Virus record (IMG/VR): IMGVR_UViG_3300047369_000650 | Span: 32,001 to 96,000 of that record | Reading direction: 5' to 3' (one strand) | Source of the DNA: a virus | DNA: 64,000 nucleotides | In this document: in pieces, positions 11,201 to 21,142 of the stretch | How the letters are laid out: each line of letters starts with the position of its first letter | How positions within the stretch are numbered: position 1 is the stretch's first letter | Program-made: the position numbers and the translations under genes | The notes under the pieces: generated by a model | Seen by the model: the letters and a program-made list of their open reading frames with translations, nothing else | The model's database searches: none | Told to the model about the DNA's origin: nothing

Positions 11201-13805
11201 AATTATTCCAGGTGGATCATTACTTAATACAGACTTGGCTCTTCAATGGGGTGATCATGAATGGAATTGGGGTGGCACTGATATTAATAATCTTAATGTT
11301 GGTGATGAACAATCTATTACTTCAGAGATTGCTAGAAATAATTGGAAAGAAAGAGTCGGATATCTTTGGAACAGAAAAACTACAACCGGAACAGATGTTA
11401 CAAGTGAAACCGTTGTTAATAGAGTTGTTGCTTCAGAAACAGTCAGAGAAGTTATTGATGATAGAGTTGTAGATGTTGCATTTATTCCGTTTATGAGGTC
11501 AAAGTTAGTGACTTTCCAAGCTGAAGGTCTTGCTCCTAATACTCAAGTATTTGCTTATTTTGATGGTAGGTCAGTTGCTAAATGGGTCAGACAAGAAGTA
11601 TTTAGTGGAGTTAATGTAACAAAGCAAACTGATGTAAGTAATCTTTATAAAGCTGCAACCGAATATCCTTTAACTGGTGGTAAGACAAAATTATATACTG
11701 ATGGCCAAGGTAAAATTCAAGGTGCATTCTTTATACCATCTTCTAATACAAGAACAGCAGGAACAACAAACTTTAGAACAGGTGATATTGAATTTACTTT
11801 ATTAGATATTACTGAGTTTAATAAAAAGAATGCAAGCTGTGCCGCTTCAGCAATCTTTAGTTCTACTGGTACTCTTACTACAAGACAGGAAGATGTTTTA
11901 TCTACACGTCTTCTTCACATTGTTGGAACAAGTACCACATCAACAGAAACAATTAATGTATCATCATCTGGCGGAGGCGGCGGAATAGATATTCTTGGTG
12001 CAGTTAATACTGTGGCTGGAGGTATTGCAACAGGAATCGGAGAGGTTCTTCAAGGAGATTTAATTGGCGGTGTTTCATCCGCTGTAGGTGGTGTGGCAAA
12101 TGCTGCTGGAGATTTAATTAGTGATACTGTAGATGTTGTTGGGGATGTATTTAACTTTGTAAAAGATATTTGTTTCTTTGATCCTATTGCACAGTCTTTC
12201 CTAGTCACAGAAGCAAATGGAGTATTCTTAACAGAAGTTGGTTTATTCTTCGCTAAGAAAGACACAAGTGAGCAACCGTTTCCAGTAACTATACAAATCA
12301 GACCTACCGTAAACGGACATCCATCTTCTGATCTTTCGCTTCCCGGATCTATTGTTACTATTCCAGCAAGTGATGTTGTTGTTTCAACAGATGCTTCAGC
12401 AGAAACAAAAGCAGTATTTAAAGAGCCAGTATATTTAAAACCATTTACCGAATATGCGATTGTAGTGATTTCTAATAGTGATGCATATGAAGCATATATT
12501 TCAAAAATGGGTGAGTTTAAATTAGGTTCTACAACCGAAAAAATTAATACTCAGCCATATCTTGGTTCGTTCTTTAAATCTCAAAACAATAGAACATGGG
12601 AACCAGATCAAATGTCTGATCTTAAGTTCACATTATATAAAGCTGAGTTTAATGCAAATCTTACAACTAAGGCAATATTTAAAAATGTTGCAGTTCCAAG
12701 AAAGATTCTTCAGAGTGATCCAGTAGAATTATTCTTTAAAGATAGTTCAGATTTCTCTGATGTATATATTAGAAGCCCTCTTCATGGTTTATATGCTGGA
12801 GACACTGTTAATTTAAATGGTATTATTGGAACACCAGTAGATAGTGATTTAAATAATAATCCATATACTGTTACTGAAGTTGATCCTACAGGATTTGTAA
12901 TTACAGTTCCAACTCTTACTTCGCCAGCTCCATATTATAATTCTGTAACTGGTGGTAATGCCGTAACTGTCGAACAAGCTTATAATTATAGTACAATTTG
13001 GCCATCTGTGCAATCAATCGAGCCGCCATCAACTAGATTAGATTATAATATTAAAATGGCAGCAGGTAAATCATATGCCGATAATAGTTCTAATGCTATT
13101 AATAATGCAGATATTTTAGATACCGTAGCTACAGTAGTTGCACCTAATCAAGATAATGAGCTTGGTATTATGAAAAGAGTATCACCTCCATCCAAGCTTG
13201 CAACATCTATGGTACTAGAAGCGGAAATGAAATCAAGTAATGTTTATGTAACACCAGTTATTGATCTTCAAAGAACATCAGCAACTCTTATTACAAATCT
13301 TATTGATAATCCAAGTAATGTTCAGAGTACAACACAGAATAGACCCATTGAATGGTCTCACGCTTTAGATAGTGATACCGTAAATGATATTATGGGCACG
13401 ACTAATTATACAGCTTACTACGATCCTCTATTTGGTGAAACAAGAGAGAATGGCCCTGCTTCTGCAAAACATATTACTAAGCCTGTGCGTCTAGCAGCTT
13501 CTGCTGTAGGACTAAAAATTATTATGGGTGCTAATAGACCATCTGATACATTTATTGATATGTATTATAGAGCATCAAAAGCTGATACACTTGTTGGAAC
13601 AACTTGGACAAGAATTGACTCAGAAAAACCAGTTCAAACCGATGACGATACAAGTATCTTTAGAGAGTATCGCTATTTAGTTGGCTCTGTTGATGGAACT
13701 AGTGATGAATTTACACAGTTTCAATTAAAAATTGTTCTAAGGTCTACTAACCAAATTAAAGTGCCTAAATTAAATGATTTAAGAGTGATTGCACTAGGAG
13801 ACTAG
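8277..13805 (+). CDS. Large VrlC-like (DUF4815-type) virion structural protein
   Basis: YKDDFDPDKGFHKVLF, LQSRELNQLQS, APGADRY, RYTMRDIGKLEKKI, KSGFMADNF and DPIAQSF motifs. The start is placed at the ATG overlapping the gp8 stop (ATGA). Confidence 0.8.
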   Translation: MTVNYTKNLETQVYKDDFDPDKGFHKVLFKSGKALQSRELNQLQSIIQEEIKRLGTNLFKEGASLESAALTFNNRYRYIKLNTDPTDATTPGVSLPTNVSNFKDKVFIGQLSGISVKVIEIVEADGSDPATIYVQYLDTLNGTSGTEPASVSPGEELLEKDGSVVLVVQTTNTTADPATGYGFRISAGPASFFAEGHFVHAPKQSLIVAKYFSNPTATIGFKLTQVVTTADDDESLYDNQGDLPNYTAPGADRYTINLELVNKNTIQADETFIYYAKIEHGFLVEAVTGYEQYNKINDIMAVRTKEESGNYTVKPFRLSWDEHSSDNTKLSLGVSSGTAYVNGYRVSKASASTLDIPRSTTTITQENKGISGTYGNYILVEAGFFGVPDVNIFERVDISDDTTGTAPFGVNDKIGSLRIRGIDPGEPGSNTFKVYVFDIEMNAGKIFNRDARAIGLDSGACSCERQEMRLVRSNNKVIIYETQANELFFKIPGNRPSAVSDVSMTLAKRYRGTAAANGSMTITASAGEVFTDTANWIISDPGGATAGQSPTYAGVGTSSVTITGLVSSKNGGTIATGFDQFEVYAYTFKGACNVASKTKVTTTALATFNPSTGVAQLPYTDVIGVEEIRILASNGNLVTDKFEVDGGQRDNSYQKGSITIKPGRTVTGNFQNTTLQLFVKFSYFAHGSGDFFGPSSYSTIDYQDIPNYQLANGRYVDLKNYLDFRSSKGSSGTYSTTDAEIFILPRQGSTIVADVSYYQPRYDKLVLTQQGEFKYIKGTPSLNPKFPSIPDGAMELHRIRLNAGTFGPDDLTFSMLDNKRYTMRDIGKLEKKIDDLAEVTSLTLLEMDTANIDVLDEDNRNRTKSGFMADNFENQYFSDITHPGYSAAIDPRNKLIRPRAITNNIGLYYDSNASTNTIMKGDNVYTTYNTTPYIVQDIASSSINVNPYLNLFYNGAMSLSPASDDWYETDYIPDKIIPGGSLLNTDLALQWGDHEWNWGGTDINNLNVGDEQSITSEIARNNWKERVGYLWNRKTTTGTDVTSETVVNRVVASETVREVIDDRVVDVAFIPFMRSKLVTFQAEGLAPNTQVFAYFDGRSVAKWVRQEVFSGVNVTKQTDVSNLYKAATEYPLTGGKTKLYTDGQGKIQGAFFIPSSNTRTAGTTNFRTGDIEFTLLDITEFNKKNASCAASAIFSSTGTLTTRQEDVLSTRLLHIVGTSTTSTETINVSSSGGGGGIDILGAVNTVAGGIATGIGEVLQGDLIGGVSSAVGGVANAAGDLISDTVDVVGDVFNFVKDICFFDPIAQSFLVTEANGVFLTEVGLFFAKKDTSEQPFPVTIQIRPTVNGHPSSDLSLPGSIVTIPASDVVVSTDASAETKAVFKEPVYLKPFTEYAIVVISNSDAYEAYISKMGEFKLGSTTEKINTQPYLGSFFKSQNNRTWEPDQMSDLKFTLYKAEFNANLTTKAIFKNVAVPRKILQSDPVELFFKDSSDFSDVYIRSPLHGLYAGDTVNLNGIIGTPVDSDLNNNPYTVTEVDPTGFVITVPTLTSPAPYYNSVTGGNAVTVEQAYNYSTIWPSVQSIEPPSTRLDYNIKMAAGKSYADNSSNAINNADILDTVATVVAPNQDNELGIMKRVSPPSKLATSMVLEAEMKSSNVYVTPVIDLQRTSATLITNLIDNPSNVQSTTQNRPIEWSHALDSDTVNDIMGTTNYTAYYDPLFGETRENGPASAKHITKPVRLAASAVGLKIIMGANRPSDTFIDMYYRASKADTLVGTTWTRIDSEKPVQTDDDTSIFREYRYLVGSVDGTSDEFTQFQLKIVLRSTNQIKVPKLNDLRVIALGD

Positions 13806-13806
13806 A

Positions 13807-14025
13807 TTGGAAGATTATAGATATGCTAAAGTGGAAAACTATCCCGGCTATAAAAGAGATTTAGAAACTGGAGCAATAGTAAATACAGATGAAGAAGCCT
13901 TAATTAGATCAAGGCAAATATTGAAAAAGAAAAGAAAAGAAAAACAGGAATTAGCAAAATTAAAAGATGATGTTGCAGAAATTAAAGAACTGCTTTCAAC
14001 ACTTTTAAATAAAATAGGTGATTAA
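13807..14025 (+). CDS. Small hypothetical protein typical of the position after the VrlC-like gene
   Basis: TTG start with AGGAG SD; KVENYPGYKRDLETGAIVN motif; C-terminal coiled coil. Confidence 0.7.
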   Translation: MEDYRYAKVENYPGYKRDLETGAIVNTDEEALIRSRQILKKKRKEKQELAKLKDDVAEIKELLSTLLNKIGD

Positions 14026-15173
14026 TGGCAAGGCAAATATATGTAGACCTAAGTAACTCCATTGAAGCATGGAGACAGAAGACCAACTTGATGGGAGACT
14101 ACATCGGCGATTTAGATAATCTTGCCGCACCAGCACCCTATGATTCAAGTATTGTTTCAGCATTTAATTATTTAGATGCTACTGTATTAGATTCATCTGA
14201 GACAAGAAATCTTATTTCACTTGTAACATCTGGACCTAATGCTCTTGCTTCTTTATCATATAATAATGCTAACGGAGAATTTACTTTTATTACAAACCCT
14301 CTTACACCTAGTTTAGTGCCAGCTCTTCCTGCGGGTAAAATAACATCAGGTTCTTTTAATCCAGCAAGAATTCCTAATTTATCTGCAACTAAAATTACTT
14401 CAGATAAATTGGGACTGGCTCATGTTCCGGATTTACCTGCAAGTATTATCACATCAGGAATTTTAGATTCTAATAGAATACCTAACACTCGTGGCTCAAA
14501 GATTATAAGCGAATTACCTTTAGAGCATATTCCACCACTACCTATTGATGCTATGCCTCTTGAACTTGATTCTTTAGGTTTTGGATTTCCAACTGATCTT
14601 TATGGTTCTAATCCAGATGGTCCAGTTCTTCTTACTAATTTACAAACAATAAGTGGCAATAAAACATTTACTGGTGGCATAACAATGTCATCTAATCTTA
14701 CAATTAACGACCATGTTTTATCCGCAAGTAATAATAGTTTTAACATTGGCGAAAATACTAATAGATTTGCTACCATGTATGCTACAACCTTTAATGGTGT
14801 TGCAACTTCTTCACTATATGCTGACCTTGCGGAAAAATATACAACTCGTGAAGAATTAATTCCAGGTACCGCTGTTGCTGTTTCAAACAGCGAAGAATAT
14901 GAAGTTAGAGAAGCAACTATGTCAGATTATTGTATTGGTGTAATCTCTACCGAGCCAGCACTTATGATGAATAGTGAAGCCGAAGGTCAATATGTTGGTC
15001 TAAAAGGTCGTGTTCCAGTAAGAGTAAAAGGTCCCGTTAATAAAGGTCAAGCCGTTCATGCACTAGAAGACGGTGTAAGTACAACTCTTAAAACGACTGC
15101 TTTGGTTGGTATTGCTCTTGAAACAAATTTAGCTCAAGAAGAAAAGCTAGTTGAATGTGTTCTTAAAGTGTAA
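14025..15173 (+). CDS. Tail-fibre-like protein with KITSG/RIP shaft repeats and a C-terminal G2-type intramolecular chaperone-like domain
   Basis: N-terminal WRQKTN motif; about 17-aa LxAxKITSGxxxxxRIP repeats; YADLAEKY...GVISTEPA...GRVPVRV C-terminus. Confidence 0.7.
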   Translation: MARQIYVDLSNSIEAWRQKTNLMGDYIGDLDNLAAPAPYDSSIVSAFNYLDATVLDSSETRNLISLVTSGPNALASLSYNNANGEFTFITNPLTPSLVPALPAGKITSGSFNPARIPNLSATKITSDKLGLAHVPDLPASIITSGILDSNRIPNTRGSKIISELPLEHIPPLPIDAMPLELDSLGFGFPTDLYGSNPDGPVLLTNLQTISGNKTFTGGITMSSNLTINDHVLSASNNSFNIGENTNRFATMYATTFNGVATSSLYADLAEKYTTREELIPGTAVAVSNSEEYEVREATMSDYCIGVISTEPALMMNSEAEGQYVGLKGRVPVRVKGPVNKGQAVHALEDGVSTTLKTTALVGIALETNLAQEEKLVECVLKV

Positions 15174-15182
15174 GGATGTAAT

Positions 15183-17093
15183 ATGGTTGCTGGAAATGTA
15201 ATAGGAGCTTCAGGAGATTTAGTAGATGAACTTCCTATAATTACAAAATTTAAAGAACTATTTCACGATAAAGTTGTTTCGGAAATAGTTTGGTCTGGAG
15301 AAAATGGCCCTGATGTTCAGAGTGATCCTAATGTTGCAGCCGCTTTTGGTGCACCTCTTGAACTTACAGGACCAAAAGTTCTTAATTTAGGTACTAGAAG
15401 TAATGTAGAATTTATAGCTGTGGCAGGCGGCGGCGGAGGCGGTGCAGGTAGAGATAATGGCGGCCCGCATGCCGGGCCCAATGGTGAAGTATCTGGAAAA
15501 AATGGAACCAATACTAAATTTGAATTTAGGGCTGGATCAGCTGATGGAACTCTTATATCATCATATAACTTGGCTGGTGGTGAAGGCGGCACAAGTTGTA
15601 ATATTAGTTGGAGTCGAAAACCAAGACGAAAAGATTTACAAAATGCTTTAGATATTGTATCTTCAGATACAAATTATAATATTATAGGTGAAGGTGGTTT
15701 TACTGCTGAAAGAAGACGTGGAACTGATGCTACTGGCTTTGGTGCTGGTGGCGGAGGTGGAGGCGGCGATCAGCCATCACCTGCAATCAAAATAGGTTTT
15801 ATCACTATAGGTTTTGATGAATCTGGTAATGGCGGTAGCCGCGGTGTGGGTGGTGAATTTAAAGAAAAAAAAGAAGACTTTTCTGCATATGCAGGACAAA
15901 ATATATATTTGGTGATTACTCAAGTGGGCGCGGCTGGTGTAGGAGCTGATGGACAAAATGATGGGGGTAATGGTGCCCCAGGTGTTGTAATAATAAAAGA
16001 AGCAAAACCTACTTTAATACCCGAAAGCGGGCCTGTGTTTGACGAACAAGGATTAATCCAATCTTTACGGGGCGATGATCATCTCGGTTTAGGTTATAAA
16101 ATTGACGGAAATAAAATATTTGATGTATTTTTAAATGAAGCAAATAAATATACTGCTATTAGAAAATTAAAAGTTATAACTGCACGTGATGATGGTTCTG
16201 TATACAATGAAACACAGGTGGCTTATTTAGGTTCACAATTTATAACTAATATAGATATTACAACTTCAGCTTTAGTTGCAGATGAGAATAATTTAGATCC
16301 TTCTGAACTAAACGAAGACGAAAATATTATACAATATTTTAATAATTTATATTATGGTTGGACTCTTATAAGAAATGATCCTATTATAAATGGCATATTA
16401 GGGTTAGGATCAGACCCTCTACCAACATTTGATTCCAATACTGGATTATTTTCAACATCACCTACATCAGTAAAATTATATACAACAAGCCAATCTTGGA
16501 GACCAACAACTTTACAGAATGTTGCTCTTGTTACCGTAGGCGCAGGAGGTTCAGGCGGGCTCGGATCCCAAAGCTATGGTGGCGGCGGCGGCGGTGTTGC
16601 TATAAGAATACTTCAAGTTACACCTGGAGAAATCTATAATTTCAACATAGGTTCTGGAGGTGCAGCAGTAAATGGTGGAAGTAATGGTGTAAATGGTGGA
16701 AATACATCTATATCAGGAGGTGCCTTAAGTTCCACAGTGTTTGCCGGCGGCGGCCAAAGAGGTGAAGCAACAGGCGATGCCCCTACTAATGGTGGAACAT
16801 CTTCAGGTGGAGATTATAATATAGATGGTGGTAATGCCGCAGGGGCAGCCTCTGGAGAACAAACATCCGGCGGACCGGCTGGTGGTCCAGATGCTTCGAT
16901 ATCAGAAGTAAATGTTGTTCCTTCAATATTCACATCATCTTCAGATTTAACAAAACCTAATGGTGTTGCAATATGCGGAAGCGGTAAAGGCACATCCTCT
17001 TCCGGTGGTAACTTTGGTGGTGGCGGCGGAGCTGCTGCTAGTGGCTATACTGGTGCCGGATCTCAAGGTGTTATTGCAGTATTCTTTTTCTAG
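15183..17093 (+). CDS. Virion protein with two glycine-rich domains
   Basis: VAGGGGGGAG...GAPGVVII and VGAGGSGG...GGGGG...GSQGVIAVFFF glycine-rich blocks. Confidence 0.65.
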   Translation: MVAGNVIGASGDLVDELPIITKFKELFHDKVVSEIVWSGENGPDVQSDPNVAAAFGAPLELTGPKVLNLGTRSNVEFIAVAGGGGGGAGRDNGGPHAGPNGEVSGKNGTNTKFEFRAGSADGTLISSYNLAGGEGGTSCNISWSRKPRRKDLQNALDIVSSDTNYNIIGEGGFTAERRRGTDATGFGAGGGGGGGDQPSPAIKIGFITIGFDESGNGGSRGVGGEFKEKKEDFSAYAGQNIYLVITQVGAAGVGADGQNDGGNGAPGVVIIKEAKPTLIPESGPVFDEQGLIQSLRGDDHLGLGYKIDGNKIFDVFLNEANKYTAIRKLKVITARDDGSVYNETQVAYLGSQFITNIDITTSALVADENNLDPSELNEDENIIQYFNNLYYGWTLIRNDPIINGILGLGSDPLPTFDSNTGLFSTSPTSVKLYTTSQSWRPTTLQNVALVTVGAGGSGGLGSQSYGGGGGGVAIRILQVTPGEIYNFNIGSGGAAVNGGSNGVNGGNTSISGGALSSTVFAGGGQRGEATGDAPTNGGTSSGGDYNIDGGNAAGAASGEQTSGGPAGGPDASISEVNVVPSIFTSSSDLTKPNGVAICGSGKGTSSSGGNFGGGGGAAASGYTGAGSQGVIAVFFF

Positions 17094-17107
17094 TGTCTGA
17101 TAATTTG

Positions 17108-17115
17108 TATAAATA
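17108..17115 (+). promoter_or_regulatory. T4-type late promoter
   Basis: Exact TATAAATA in an intergenic gap. Confidence 0.8.
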
Positions 17116-17147
17116 GTATTAATTAAAAATTTAGAGATGGTATAAAA

Positions 17148-18353
17148 ATGGCCAGAAAACCTACAGTTAATTTAACAGATACATTTGAGACTTGGAGACA
17201 AAAAACAAATCTCATCTCAAGTAATGTTGGAGATCCGGATAACTTGACAACTCCGGTGACTACTGATCTTGTTCAGGCTTTAAATGAAATTAATGGTAGA
17301 ACAACTCAAGCATATATTCGTAATAGCGTTTCATTAAATGCAAGTAATAATGCACTACACGCATCCATGTCATATAATGCAGCAACTGGAGTGTTTTCTT
17401 TTCAGTCTAATACAATTACAGATTCCGATATTCCTACATTAGATGCAAGTAAAACTGGTACTGGAATATTTGATGCCCAGCGTATTCCTGGATTAGATGC
17501 CTGTAAGATTATTACGGGTGTTCTTGATTCTGCTAGAATGCCAGTTGGCTATTTTGATAAAGAATTTCTAAACAATACAACAGATGATCTTCAAGAAGGT
17601 GCAACAAATCTTTATTATACAGATCAAAGAGTGCACGCTGCTGTAGGAATATATCCTAATGATAGTACACTTGATTACAATACCGGCACAGGTCAATTTA
17701 GAGTTAATGTTTCAGGATTACTTAGCCAGCTTCCCAATATACTTGATTCCGGGGAAATTGGCGCCATTGCACAAGATGAAATTGATTCTGCATACGTTGC
17801 AGCTAGGGTGCCACCTTCTGGTATAGCCTTAACTGATTTGTCTGTAACAACTGGAACTGCTTCAGGCGGAGGTTCTTTAGCATATAATAATGGAAATGGG
17901 GCATTTACATTTAGACCAGCAGATATGAGTAATGGAGGTACTAGAGTTTATAAACAGACTATTACTATAGCTGGAGGTGTTAATGGTGCATCATATCAGT
18001 GGCCAGCCAGTAGTTTTCCTAGTGGAATATCTCGTAAACCAGATGTTATTAGTACAAAATTTATTTGTGTTCAACCCGCTGGAGGGTTTTCTGTTGGAGA
18101 TGAAATATATTTACCTCCACATTTTAATGAACCTGCTGGAGATCAGCAAGGTTATAATATATCATGGGATAATAGCGCGTCTAAACTTATATCAACTTTA
18201 GGTGACGATGGATTATCTCTTATTCAAAACAGAACGGGTGGAAAATGGTTTTATGCTTATGTAACACATTGGAATGTTGTTCATAATTTAGTTTGGTATG
18301 GAACCGATGCGGATGAAGATATAGACACAATTAGTAGCATGAGCGCTCTTTAA
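17148..18353 (+). CDS. Tail-fibre-like protein; N-terminus paralogous to 14025-15173
   Basis: DTFETWRQKTN, DASKxGTGxFDAQRIP repeats and a TTDDLQEGATNLYYT motif. Confidence 0.7.
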   Translation: MARKPTVNLTDTFETWRQKTNLISSNVGDPDNLTTPVTTDLVQALNEINGRTTQAYIRNSVSLNASNNALHASMSYNAATGVFSFQSNTITDSDIPTLDASKTGTGIFDAQRIPGLDACKIITGVLDSARMPVGYFDKEFLNNTTDDLQEGATNLYYTDQRVHAAVGIYPNDSTLDYNTGTGQFRVNVSGLLSQLPNILDSGEIGAIAQDEIDSAYVAARVPPSGIALTDLSVTTGTASGGGSLAYNNGNGAFTFRPADMSNGGTRVYKQTITIAGGVNGASYQWPASSFPSGISRKPDVISTKFICVQPAGGFSVGDEIYLPPHFNEPAGDQQGYNISWDNSASKLISTLGDDGLSLIQNRTGGKWFYAYVTHWNVVHNLVWYGTDADEDIDTISSMSAL

Positions 18354-18365
18354 GGAAGAAAAGCA

Positions 18366-19394
18366 ATGGTAAGAATATTAGATTTAACCGCAATACAACA
18401 AGCTGATATAGATTCAAATGACCATCTTGTTATTTCTAATATCGGTGGGTCACCGATGGCTTCTTCAAGAGTTAGGGTAGAAGACTTTGTTCAATATACT
18501 CTTGCCGGCGGCTCTTTAGGTTTTGCTACAAAATCCGAAGTTGATAGTGCAATTGATGCTAATAATACCTTACATTTTCCTTTTACTATAAATGCTGGCT
18601 TGGGTCTTGATAGTTTATCAAATGGAATTTTAGATAGTGCCAATGATACAATTACAATTAATCATACCGCTAGTTCTGCCACATCAATTACTAGTGCTGG
18701 TACGTCAAATATTATTCGTAATATTACCTTAGATGGTGCTGGACATATTTTATCTATAGATGAATCAAATGGTGGTACTATATTCTTAGAGTCTGCTGGC
18801 GTGTTTGCAGGCACAGGTTTATCTGGTGGTGGTCAAATTACTCCAGGTAGCGGACCTGTTTATATTTCTCATCCAACTGCCGGTGGCTTATCTAATTCAA
18901 CAAATACAGGCACTAATGTTCTACAGAGTATTACATTTGATACATATGGTCACGGTGCATCAGTAACACCAGTTGATTTAACAACTGTTATTGATTCTTC
19001 TTATGTCTCAGCAAGAGTCCCTGATTTTGTAAGTGCTACTTCAGGTGATTCAATGGTTGGGGACTATTACATTACTGGCGAATTATTTGTATCTGGTAAT
19101 ATTACAGGTTTTGCAAACTTCTCGGATATAACATTAAAAGAAAATCTTGAAATTATTAATAATCCAGTAGATAAAGTAATGAATCTTAATGGCTATACTT
19201 TTAACTATATTGGTAGTGATATTCGTATGCCAGGTTTAGTTGCTCAAGAAGTTGAAGAAGTTTTACCAGAAGCGGTATATGAAACACCTCAAGGTAAAAA
19301 AGCACTACACTATGCAAACATGGTAGGACTACTCGTAGAAGCCGTAAAAGAGCTGAAAGCTGAGGTAGAAGAACTGAAAACAAAGATAGGGTAA
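18366..19394 (+). CDS. Tail fibre with C-terminal peptidase S74 autocleaving chaperone
   Basis: FSDITLKENL (Ser-Lys dyad), GLVAQEVEEVLPEAV and YANMVGLLVEAVKEL coiled coil. Confidence 0.88.
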   Translation: MVRILDLTAIQQADIDSNDHLVISNIGGSPMASSRVRVEDFVQYTLAGGSLGFATKSEVDSAIDANNTLHFPFTINAGLGLDSLSNGILDSANDTITINHTASSATSITSAGTSNIIRNITLDGAGHILSIDESNGGTIFLESAGVFAGTGLSGGGQITPGSGPVYISHPTAGGLSNSTNTGTNVLQSITFDTYGHGASVTPVDLTTVIDSSYVSARVPDFVSATSGDSMVGDYYITGELFVSGNITGFANFSDITLKENLEIINNPVDKVMNLNGYTFNYIGSDIRMPGLVAQEVEEVLPEAVYETPQGKKALHYANMVGLLVEAVKELKAEVEELKTKIG

Positions 19395-19395
19395 C

Positions 19396-20733
19396 ATGCC
19401 AGATTACAGTCTCTTCCCAGCAACAAAAGGAAATCAGTTTTCATTCGATGATTTTAGAACTGCATTAGATGTGGGTAATAATCAGCCTATTTCTTTTGCT
19501 GATTTATATCCTGGTGGAGTGTATATACCAGATGATAATAATTTCTTTACTTTTTTATTATCGGTTCCAGATACTGGTGAAGTTGCTATAAATGATTTTC
19601 AGAAAAACGGTACTTCATTAGCAGATTTTACCATTAGCACACCTGATGCTAATAATCATGTTGAAGATCAGACAACTAGAAATCTTGCAACAATATCATT
19701 AAATAATGGAACATTTACCGAAGGTCAAAGAATATATTATGAATTAGAACCGTCAACTGGAGTTGCTGATCCAGATTTTACTGGTGATGACGTGACATTC
19801 ATGACTGGAAGAATAGGAACTACTTTATCCGGCATTGCTACTCCAACTCCAGGTACTAATAGTATAACACTTTCCGCTGCATTTAAAACAGATACGACAA
19901 CGGAAGGTAATATTGTATTAAGATTAAAAATTCCTGGTTTAGATAATAGCACTCCTGTAGGAACTAATGACTGGACACCTACAGTTGTTTCGCCTCTAAC
20001 TGATACTAGTACAAATTTTATTAATCTTGATTTTGCAGACACAACAGTTCTATCTAGTAATTCTAGTATCACGGAAATAAATGGGTGGACAATTCAAAAA
20101 CAGAATTTAAGACTTGGCAATAACCAAAACGGACCATATGGGCTTTGGAGCGGTTCCGGTATTACTTTTCACAATGCTGGCGTGAATAGTACAATTGCTG
20201 CACCAGTTGATCCTACACCATTCCCCACTGGTTCATTCGGGAACAGCAACGGTGATAAATTTGGATTTACGGGAACACCAACACTCGACTATGAATTTAA
20301 AGACCCTACCGATCTTGTGCATAATGGCAATACACAATTAGGCTACTCGTGCATAAGACTATATAGCTCTGGCAGTAGTGCCGGCGGTGATGTTGCACAC
20401 GGACCTCTAATTAAAGGAAAGGTATGGCTTCCTCTTACGACAAGTGATTCAGTTAGGTTTAAGTGGAGAGCCGTTGGTGGAGGTGACGCTTATGATATAT
20501 TTGCATGGCTGCAAGAATGGTATGATCCGAATAATCCAAGTTCATTCAGGCAGCAAATTATTTTAAATCAAACTCAAGGTTCCGCAAGTGGAGACAGTGG
20601 TTGGCAAACCGTTACTGCTCAAGTTGCTTATAGTGGTTTATATACGTTTGCATTTATGTCTGGAACATTTGATTATACTGGTGGTACAGCTTTAGGGGCA
20701 AATTTATATATTACAGATATTGAAGTTATTTAA
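19396..20733 (+). CDS. Putative virion protein; C-terminal beta-sandwich/lectin-like domain
   Basis: N-terminal FSFDDFR...ISFADLY...AINDF motif, typical of genes following S74 fibres; Thr/Ser/Gly-rich. Confidence 0.5.
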   Translation: MPDYSLFPATKGNQFSFDDFRTALDVGNNQPISFADLYPGGVYIPDDNNFFTFLLSVPDTGEVAINDFQKNGTSLADFTISTPDANNHVEDQTTRNLATISLNNGTFTEGQRIYYELEPSTGVADPDFTGDDVTFMTGRIGTTLSGIATPTPGTNSITLSAAFKTDTTTEGNIVLRLKIPGLDNSTPVGTNDWTPTVVSPLTDTSTNFINLDFADTTVLSSNSSITEINGWTIQKQNLRLGNNQNGPYGLWSGSGITFHNAGVNSTIAAPVDPTPFPTGSFGNSNGDKFGFTGTPTLDYEFKDPTDLVHNGNTQLGYSCIRLYSSGSSAGGDVAHGPLIKGKVWLPLTTSDSVRFKWRAVGGGDAYDIFAWLQEWYDPNNPSSFRQQIILNQTQGSASGDSGWQTVTAQVAYSGLYTFAFMSGTFDYTGGTALGANLYITDIEVI

Positions 20734-20745
20734 TAGGAAAAGAAA

Positions 20746-21132
20746 ATGGCACAGTACGAAGATATAACAATTGATAAAGGATCCGATGTAACTATTCGTC
20801 TGGATTTATATAATACTGATGGGTCTCCTAAACAAATGAATACGCAAGACGAAAATGCTAATTTTGTACCTCTTTATAATATAAATGCAAAGATGAAAAA
20901 AACTTATAATACAAAAGATTCTGATGCTACAGCGTTCTTTGCAACAACTGTTGATCCAGATAATTTAGATTATGTAATTCATCTATCTTTAACAAATACT
21001 CAGACTGATGCACTTAAGCCTGGTAGATATGTTTATGATGTAGAAATTTCAAGATTTGATTCAGCTGAAGGTGCTACAATAGTAGAAAGAATATTGGAAG
21101 GTAATATACAAGTTACCCCATCAGTAACGTAG
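20746..21132 (+). CDS. Small Ig-like tail/baseplate accessory protein (BppU-N/LtfC-like)
   Basis: ITIDKGSD, LSLTNTQTDALKPGRYVYDVEI and RILEGNIQVTPSVT motifs. Confidence 0.7.
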   Translation: MAQYEDITIDKGSDVTIRLDLYNTDGSPKQMNTQDENANFVPLYNINAKMKKTYNTKDSDATAFFATTVDPDNLDYVIHLSLTNTQTDALKPGRYVYDVEISRFDSAEGATIVERILEGNIQVTPSVT

Positions 21133-21142
21133 AGGTGTAAAA

